From: Limnohabitans sp.
GTDB taxonomy: Bacteria > Pseudomonadota > Gammaproteobacteria > Burkholderiales > Burkholderiaceae_C
Direction: 5' to 3'
Length of the DNA stretch: 64,000 nucleotides
NCBI GenBank assembly: GCA_009693505.1
Contig: SHXD01000010.1
Location: forward strand, 670 to 64,669
The notes below the pieces were generated by a model. The model worked only from the letters and a program-made list of their open reading frames with translations. It was not told the DNA's origin and made no database searches. Of the stretch, positions 58,201-64,000 are shown piece after piece. Position numbers and translations under genes: made by a program. Every line of letters starts with the position of its first letter. The stretch's first letter is position 1.

Positions 58201-59046
58201 ATGTTGACCAAACAAGCAAACCCTCAGGAAGTTCAGGCCCTTCCAATCACCCACCCTGAAAATTTTCCGGTGGCTTCTATTTTGTGTCCGCCACACCTTC
58301 GGCCAGCCATCGCCGCCATTTACGCCTTTGCCCGTGCAGCCGACGACATTGCCGATGAAGGCCACCTCAGCACCGAAGATCGTTTGAAATTACTGATGGC
58401 CTTTCGCCATGAGTTGCTAGCCACAAAAGAGGCATCAGGTGCTCAAGCTGATATCTTTTCACCTTTGCACCAAGTGATTGAGCAATTCACATTGCCCGTG
58501 TCTTTACTCGATGATTTGTTAAAAGCATTTGAGCAAGATGTCAAAGCCACAGCACAAGGCGCGACCTACCCCAACGTGTCAGCATTGTTAAGCTACTGCG
58601 AGCTTTCCGCCAATCCTGTAGGGCGCCTGTTGCTGCACCTCTATGGCGTCAACGATGCACAGGCCTTACTGAGAAGTGATGCTATTTGCAGCGCACTGCA
58701 GTTGATCAATTTTTGGCAAGACTTGAGTGAAGACATCCCTCGAGGCAGATTTTATTTGCCGCAAGACCAAGCGCACAAAGAGACGCCTCTTCTGATTGAA
58801 GCGCTGTGTGCACATGCCTATCAGCTGATGGTGCAGGGCGCACCCTTGGTGCATCAAGTGCCCGGCCGTGCCGGCTGGGAATTGCGGCTTGTGGTTCAAG
58901 GTGGTTTGCGAATTTTGGAAAAAGTCAGAGCACTCGGACCCCAAGTTTTAACCAAGCGGCCTCGCCTGTGCGCTTGGGACTTTCCCCTCATGTTGTGGCG
59001 TGCTCTTTGGATGCGCCCCAGACAGTGGGAGAATAAAGCACCATGA
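58201..59046 (+). CDS. hpnC: Hydroxysqualene synthase HpnC (squalene/phytoene synthase family)
   Basis: The sequence AIYAFARAADDIADEG and a second Asp-rich region NFWQDLSED are present. Together with the next two genes it forms the hpnC-hpnD-hpnE order. Confidence 0.85.
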   Translation: MLTKQANPQEVQALPITHPENFPVASILCPPHLRPAIAAIYAFARAADDIADEGHLSTEDRLKLLMAFRHELLATKEASGAQADIFSPLHQVIEQFTLPVSLLDDLLKAFEQDVKATAQGATYPNVSALLSYCELSANPVGRLLLHLYGVNDAQALLRSDAICSALQLINFWQDLSEDIPRGRFYLPQDQAHKETPLLIEALCAHAYQLMVQGAPLVHQVPGRAGWELRLVVQGGLRILEKVRALGPQVLTKRPRLCAWDFPLMLWRALWMRPRQWENKAP

Positions 59047-59882
59047 CACCTCAAGAGTACGTTCAACAAAAAGCGGCCAGTTCTGGCAGCAGCTTTTATT
59101 ACGCATTCCTTTTTCTACCCGCCAACAGACGCGCCGCCATCACTTCTTTTTATGCGTTTTGCCGTGAAGTGGATGATGTGGTCGATGAAATCTCGGATCC
59201 GAGTGTGGCTCAAAGCAAATTGGCTTGGTGGCAGAAAGAAGTCATTCAATCTTTTGCCGGCCAAGCAGCTCACCCCGTCATGCTAGCCCTGATGCCGCAC
59301 GTGAAAGATTACGGCATTGAAACGCATCATTTGTTGTCGGTCATTGAAGGTTGCCAAATGGACCTGACTCAGACCCGTTACTTAGACTACGCTGGTTTGC
59401 AAAGGTATTGCCATTTGGTAGCGGGCGTGGTCGGAGAAGTGGCCGCCCAAATTTTCGGCCAAACAGACACCGCCACAACGCAGTATGCGCACAAGCTTGG
59501 TTTAGCCTTTCAGCTCACCAATATTTTGCGCGATGTGGGTGAAGATGCCCTGCGTGGCCGCATCTACTTGCCCGTTGATGAACTGAAACAATTTGATGTC
59601 AAAGTCCAAGATTTGATACAAAGGCAATACTCCGATCGCTTCACAGCGCTCATGAAATTTCAAGCGGCCCGCGCGCATCGCTTGTATGAAGAAGCCTTTG
59701 CCATGCTGCCATCGGCAGACAGACAAGCTCAAAAACCAGGCCTGATGATGGCCAGCATTTACCGAACCCTGTTGCGTGAAATTGAGGCGGACAATTTTCA
59801 AGTCTTGCACCAACGCATCGCACTCACACCTTTGCGTAAGTTTTGGCTTGCATGGAAAGTGCAAGCGCTTGGACGACTTTGA
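59043..59882 (+). CDS. hpnD: Presqualene diphosphate synthase HpnD
   Basis: SSFYYAFLFLP...FYAFCREVDDVVDE and NILRDVGEDA are present. The gene has a 4-nt overlap with hpnC. Confidence 0.87.
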   Translation: MTPQEYVQQKAASSGSSFYYAFLFLPANRRAAITSFYAFCREVDDVVDEISDPSVAQSKLAWWQKEVIQSFAGQAAHPVMLALMPHVKDYGIETHHLLSVIEGCQMDLTQTRYLDYAGLQRYCHLVAGVVGEVAAQIFGQTDTATTQYAHKLGLAFQLTNILRDVGEDALRGRIYLPVDELKQFDVKVQDLIQRQYSDRFTALMKFQAARAHRLYEEAFAMLPSADRQAQKPGLMMASIYRTLLREIEADNFQVLHQRIALTPLRKFWLAWKVQALGRL

Positions 59883-61186
59883 GTCAGCATTTGAAAATTG
59901 CCATCGTGGGTGCCGGCTGGGCAGGCTTGGCTGCAGCCATTCAGGCCACGCAAAAGGGCCACCATGTCACTTTGCTAGAAGCCAGCAAATTTTGGGGCGG
60001 CCGCGCACGTTCAATTCAAACAAATTCTGAAAACTACCCCGCCTTGGACAATGGGCAACACATCCTGATTGGTGCTTATCAGCAGACGCTGTCAATGATG
60101 CAGATCGTAGGCATCGATTTAGAAAAAGCATTTTGGCGAAAACCCCTCGATTTAAGGTATGCCGATGGCTCAGGACTGTCGCTCCCCAACAAGTCGTTTC
60201 CCATCAATCTGTTGCAGGGCATTGTCTTAAATCCTTGTTGGCGCGTTGTTGACAAGTGGCAGCTTATGAAAACTGCATGGCAATGGCACGCCATGAACTT
60301 TGAATGCGCAGAGCATCTTACGGTGGCCGATCTTTGCCAGAACATGACGCCCACTGTTTGGCAGGATTTGATGGAGCCCTTGTGCGTCTCTGCGCTCAAT
60401 ACACCTGCGCATGAAGCCAGTGGCAAGGTTTTTTTGCGCATCATGAAAGACGCGCTCTTTGGACCTGCTGGAAGTTCTGATCTGTTGCTTCCCAGGCTGG
60501 ACTTGGGGGAACTCTTTCCGCATGCGGCCATCAAGTGGCTTGAAAAAAATAAGGTCTCCTGCCAATCTGGCCAAAGGATCGACAGCATTGTTGATTTAGG
60601 CAACAACCCCAATGAGGCCAAGCGTTGGCAACTAGGGGATGACAAGTTTGACCATGTGGTAATTGCAACGCCAGCATGGGATGCAGCGCATCTGCTTGAA
60701 ATATTCAACTCTGCATGGTCAACAACTGCCAATCAATTGAAGCATGAAACCATTGCCACGGTGTATGTTCAAGGACCCTTAGATTTCAAATTACCACAGC
60801 CGGTGTTGGCACTCAGAACGGCTCAGGGCTCACCCGCTCAGTTCGCTTTTGATCGCGGTCAAATTTATACTGAAGCCCGTACACCCGGTTTACTGGCCTT
60901 CGTGGTCAGTGCCAACAAGCTGAGCAAAGAAGATGTGACACAGCAGGTCATGGAGCAATGGCGCGCTCTTTTGAGTCAGCTTGGCCAAAACGGTTTGCAC
61001 ATTGAAGCCTTCAAAGTAATTCAAACCGTGGTTGAGAAAAGAGCGACTTTTGCCTGCACACCCAATTTAAAAAGACCCAGGGCAACACCTTGCCAAGGTA
61101 TCACGGTGTGTGGTGACTATATTGAAGGGCCCTACCCTGCAACCCTAGAAGGCGCCGTCATTTCAGGCATTCAAGCAGTGCCTTGA
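59843..61186 (+). CDS. hpnE: Hydroxysqualene dehydroxylase HpnE (FAD-dependent amine-oxidase family)
   Basis: A Rossmann motif IAIVGAGWAGLAAA is present. The real start may be the ATG at 59852 or a TTG at 59879 that overlaps the hpnD stop. Confidence 0.85.
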   Translation: MACMESASAWTTLSQHLKIAIVGAGWAGLAAAIQATQKGHHVTLLEASKFWGGRARSIQTNSENYPALDNGQHILIGAYQQTLSMMQIVGIDLEKAFWRKPLDLRYADGSGLSLPNKSFPINLLQGIVLNPCWRVVDKWQLMKTAWQWHAMNFECAEHLTVADLCQNMTPTVWQDLMEPLCVSALNTPAHEASGKVFLRIMKDALFGPAGSSDLLLPRLDLGELFPHAAIKWLEKNKVSCQSGQRIDSIVDLGNNPNEAKRWQLGDDKFDHVVIATPAWDAAHLLEIFNSAWSTTANQLKHETIATVYVQGPLDFKLPQPVLALRTAQGSPAQFAFDRGQIYTEARTPGLLAFVVSANKLSKEDVTQQVMEQWRALLSQLGQNGLHIEAFKVIQTVVEKRATFACTPNLKRPRATPCQGITVCGDYIEGPYPATLEGAVISGIQAVP

Positions 61187-61216
61187 TTTTTAACACGTAC
61201 TCCAACACGATTCAAG

Positions 61217-61921
61217 TTAAAGAGGGCTAGGCCAAGCATCACAAAGTACTTTCAGGCTACTTACCGTGAAAGGTGCTGGGTGAAATTCATGGGGCCACAG
61301 TTTTTCTTCGCGGTTCAGCCAAACCGCTTGCAAGCCTGCACACTGCGCAGCCACCACATCCAAATGGGGGTCATCGCCAATGTGCAACATTTCTTCAGGT
61401 AAAACACCCAAGGCTTTGGCACCCGCATGGAACATTAGGGGGTCAGGCTTTCCAACACCCAGGTTGATGGGGTTAAAGGCTGCCACAAAGTAGCCGTTCA
61501 ACCCAACTTTTTGGACATCTGCATTGCCATTTGAGAGCGCCACCATGGGGTATCTGGATTTGAGAAAGTCCAAGGTGGAAAGCGCATCTTCAAAAAAAAT
61601 GACCTTTTGCCGGGCCTCAAAAAAGACCTCAAAAGCCGGCTCGGCTAAACCGGGATCCTCCCCCGCTCTTTCGAGCAACACCCGAATGGCTTCACGCCTT
61701 AATGCGGACAAATCATTGCCTAAATCTGGCCGCAGCGCCGGCATGGCCTCGCGAATTTGACGTTGAAAACCCGGAATAGCGCACAAGGGCGCTGTTGCAG
61801 GGGCATTTTCAGCCAACCACTGCGCCAATACCTCCTCGGCACGACCAATCGTGGGCCAAACGGGCCACAAAGTGTCATCTAAATCGAGGGAGATGGCTTT
61901 AATTTTTGAAAAGTCGATCAT
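61217..61921 (-). CDS. HAD-superfamily hydrolase (subfamily IA)
   Basis: The sequence ISLDLDDTLWP contains the DxD nucleophile motif, and a C-terminal GDDPHLDV motif is present. The start is taken at MIDFSKIK (61921). Confidence 0.82.
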   Translation of the reverse strand: MIDFSKIKAISLDLDDTLWPVWPTIGRAEEVLAQWLAENAPATAPLCAIPGFQRQIREAMPALRPDLGNDLSALRREAIRVLLERAGEDPGLAEPAFEVFFEARQKVIFFEDALSTLDFLKSRYPMVALSNGNADVQKVGLNGYFVAAFNPINLGVGKPDPLMFHAGAKALGVLPEEMLHIGDDPHLDVVAAQCAGLQAVWLNREEKLWPHEFHPAPFTVSSLKVLCDAWPSPL

Positions 61922-61939
61922 GGTGGGAGAGAATAACGC

Positions 61940-63040
61940 ATGGCATTTCAAAAAGAACCCCCTTACCAACATGGGCAAGCTGCAAAGACAGCCGTCCTGT
62001 ATTGCAACCTCGGCACCCCCAAAGAGCCCACATCACCCGCGTTGCGCCAATATTTGGCCCAGTTCCTGGGTGATTCGCGCGTGGTCGAAATTCCCAAAAT
62101 CATTTGGTGGCTCATTTTGCATGGCATTATTTTGCGGATTCGGCCTGCCAAATCTGCCGCCAAATACGCCAGCATTTGGACAGCAGAAGGCTCCCCATTG
62201 AGGGTATGGACCGAAAAACAAGCTTTGGGCTTGGCGGAAAAATTGAAATTAAATGGCCATGAAGTGGCCATCAAATACGCCATGACCTACGGCCAACCCA
62301 GCATTGAATCTCAATTGACTGCATTCAAGGATGAAAGTGTGACGCGCATTTTGGTGATGACCGCCTACCCTCAGTACAGCGCCACAACCACTGCACCCGT
62401 TTTTGATGCCGTCTATCGTTGGAGCTTAAAAACTCGAAACTTGCCAGAATTTCGCTTCGTGAATCACTACCACGACCACGGTGGCTACATTCAAGCATTG
62501 GCCGCGGGCATTCAAAAAAATTGGGCATTACATGGCCGCGCAGAACAACTTGTCATGAGCTTTCATGGTGTGCCTGAACGGACACTGCAATTGGGCGATC
62601 CCTATCATTGCGAATGCTACAAAACAGGCCGACTCTTGGCCGAAAAATTAGGCCTGCGCAAGGATCAATACAAAGTCACATTCCAATCTCGATTTGGCAA
62701 GGCTAAATGGTTAGAGCCCTACACCGAGCCAACGCTCATCTCGATGGCCCAAGCGGGCATCCAAAGTGTGGATGTGGTGTGCCCTGGATTTACAGGCGAC
62801 TGCCTCGAGACATTGGAAGAAATTAGCATGGAAGGGCGTGAAGCTTTCTTGCATGCTGGTGGCAAAACTTTTAACTACATCCCCTGCATGAACGACGAGC
62901 CGATTTGGATTGATGCACTGGCCTCCATCAGTGAACAGCACATGCAAGGCTGGCCAACTTCAAGTCAGGCCTTACAAGCCAACGCATCAGCGCTTGCCCA
63001 GGCTAAAGATTTGGCAATTGGCTTGGGGGCTAAAAACTAG
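61940..63040 (+). CDS. hemH: Ferrochelatase
   Basis: The motifs TAVLYCNLGTP, YPQYSATT and SFHGVPER are present; 366 aa. Confidence 0.95.
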   Translation: MAFQKEPPYQHGQAAKTAVLYCNLGTPKEPTSPALRQYLAQFLGDSRVVEIPKIIWWLILHGIILRIRPAKSAAKYASIWTAEGSPLRVWTEKQALGLAEKLKLNGHEVAIKYAMTYGQPSIESQLTAFKDESVTRILVMTAYPQYSATTTAPVFDAVYRWSLKTRNLPEFRFVNHYHDHGGYIQALAAGIQKNWALHGRAEQLVMSFHGVPERTLQLGDPYHCECYKTGRLLAEKLGLRKDQYKVTFQSRFGKAKWLEPYTEPTLISMAQAGIQSVDVVCPGFTGDCLETLEEISMEGREAFLHAGGKTFNYIPCMNDEPIWIDALASISEQHMQGWPTSSQALQANASALAQAKDLAIGLGAKN

Positions 63041-63166
63041 ACGGCTCAATTCAAAAGGCCAAGCGATACCAAATCGCAATAGGCAATTGCGGTTTCATTT
63101 GCTGAACACACACAGAAAAAAATACCGTCTGAAAAATGTTGAAAAATGCGTGCGAACTTTCAAAAA

Positions 63167-64000
63167 TTAATTGCGCGCCACCACTGACACACCGCGGCCC
63201 GAAAGAGACAAGCCCATCGAGGTGCCTATTTTCCAATCTTGCGAGAGATCAGATGTCACAACAAACAATGACCCCAACACGGTATCAAATGTCAATTCAA
63301 GGGTGCTGCCGAGGTATGCTTTTTTGTGAAGAACACCCGTTAAGTTTGCAGCTTCTGTAGGCACAATGGTCCATGCCTCTGGGCGTATGGCCGCGGTAAT
63401 GGCACCTGCCTTGACTTGCTGTCTGGCTTTAAAACTGAGCGGCCCCAGGGTCACTTGCCCCTGCGCATCGACCACACCATCGAACAACATGGCCTCCCCC
63501 ATGAAGCCCGCCACAAATTCTGAAACTGGGCGTTCGTACAAGTCTTCTGGTGTGCCAGCCTGCGCTATGGTGCCTGCATCCATCACAATAATTTGATCAC
63601 TCACGGCCAAGGCTTCACTTTGATCGTGAGTGACGTAGGCCACCGTCAAACCCAATCTTTGTTGCAAGCTGCGAATCTCGTCACGCATAGAGCGACGCAG
63701 TCTTGCATCTAAATTAGAAAGCGGTTCATCAAACAACAAGACCGATGGCTCGAGCACCAATGCACGCGCAACGGCAACACGTTGCTGTTGGCCACCCGAT
63801 AACTCGCTAGGAAGCCGGTTGTCAAAATCTTTCAGGCCCACATTTTCAAGTGCAATGTGCGCACGCTCAGTAGCCTCAGCAATAGACACCCCGCTGACCT
63901 TCAAGCCATATCGAGCATTGTCAATGACGGACATGTGGGGAAACAATGCATAACTTTGAAAGACCATGCTGACGTTTCGTTCTGCGGGACCTAAGTTGGT
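63167..64000 (-). CDS. ABC transporter ATP-binding protein, PotA/FbpC/CysA-like (5' end lies beyond the window)
   Basis: The signature LSGGQQQRVAVARAL, Walker B LLFDEPLS and a C-terminal TOBE-like domain are present. The frame stays open upstream of the track Met (...TNLGPAERNVSMVFQSYALFPH), so Walker A lies outside the window. Confidence 0.88.
   Translation of the reverse strand, partial: TNLGPAERNVSMVFQSYALFPHMSVIDNARYGLKVSGVSIAEATERAHIALENVGLKDFDNRLPSELSGGQQQRVAVARALVLEPSVLLFDEPLSNLDARLRRSMRDEIRSLQQRLGLTVAYVTHDQSEALAVSDQIIVMDAGTIAQAGTPEDLYERPVSEFVAGFMGEAMLFDGVVDAQGQVTLGPLSFKARQQVKAGAITAAIRPEAWTIVPTEAANLTGVLHKKAYLGSTLELTFDTVLGSLFVVTSDLSQDWKIGTSMGLSLSGRGVSVVARN

Noticed and set aside
1-64000. 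CRISPR arrays, IS elements or transposases, integrases, prophage genes, toxin-antitoxin pairs and known defence systems.
   Set aside because: I read through all ORFs of 60 aa or more and the intergenic regions. No repeat-spacer arrays, terminal inverted repeats or matching protein motifs were seen.

Overview
The window looks like a betaproteobacterial (Burkholderiales, probably Comamonadaceae-like) chromosomal segment. This placement is an inference from gene content: Bug/TctC binding proteins, an EarP-type EF-P system, a phasin, hpnCDE, and the tig-clpP-clpX-lon string. I count about 60 protein genes and 5 tRNAs, densely packed, and most of the window is housekeeping. On the minus strand, 1-20 kb carries ppiD, tRNA-Val, hupB, a tartrate-dehydrogenase-like gene, an EamA transporter, pgsA and uvrC, then an MFS gene, rmuC, a 2-hydroxyacid dehydrogenase, an NhaD-like transporter and pncB. 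These are followed by a binding-protein-less LivHMGF-type ABC importer fused into an operon with a nitroreductase and a thioesterase, and then an HDAC-like gene. earP-efp lie on the plus strand. The 20-34 kb stretch holds a phasin, patatin, ahpCF, an SDR, ggt, acs, yqhA, class I fumarase and murI. The 34-47.5 kb stretch is the most accessory-looking part. It contains orphan or hypothetical proteins, a TRAP permease remnant, a (TTTCCA)10 microsatellite, a membrane-anchored Mrr-like nuclease and two Bug binding proteins. It also holds a 2-kb AT-rich segment flanked by 66-bp direct repeats that include the 3' end of tRNA-Cys. The 47.5-64 kb stretch has tRNA-Cys, tRNA-Gly, lon, clpX, clpP, tig, tRNA-Leu, an RND pump, hpnCDE squalene synthesis, a HAD hydrolase, hemH and a truncated ABC ATPase. 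I found no CRISPR array, IS element, integrase, prophage or recognisable defence system. I cannot point to one clear-cut novel system. The best candidates are the deacylase/thioesterase/nitroreductase/ABC operon, the tRNA-Cys mini-insertion with a frameshifted lipoprotein, and the intergenic hexanucleotide microsatellite. All functional calls come from reading the translated ORFs; no database search or composition calculation was possible.
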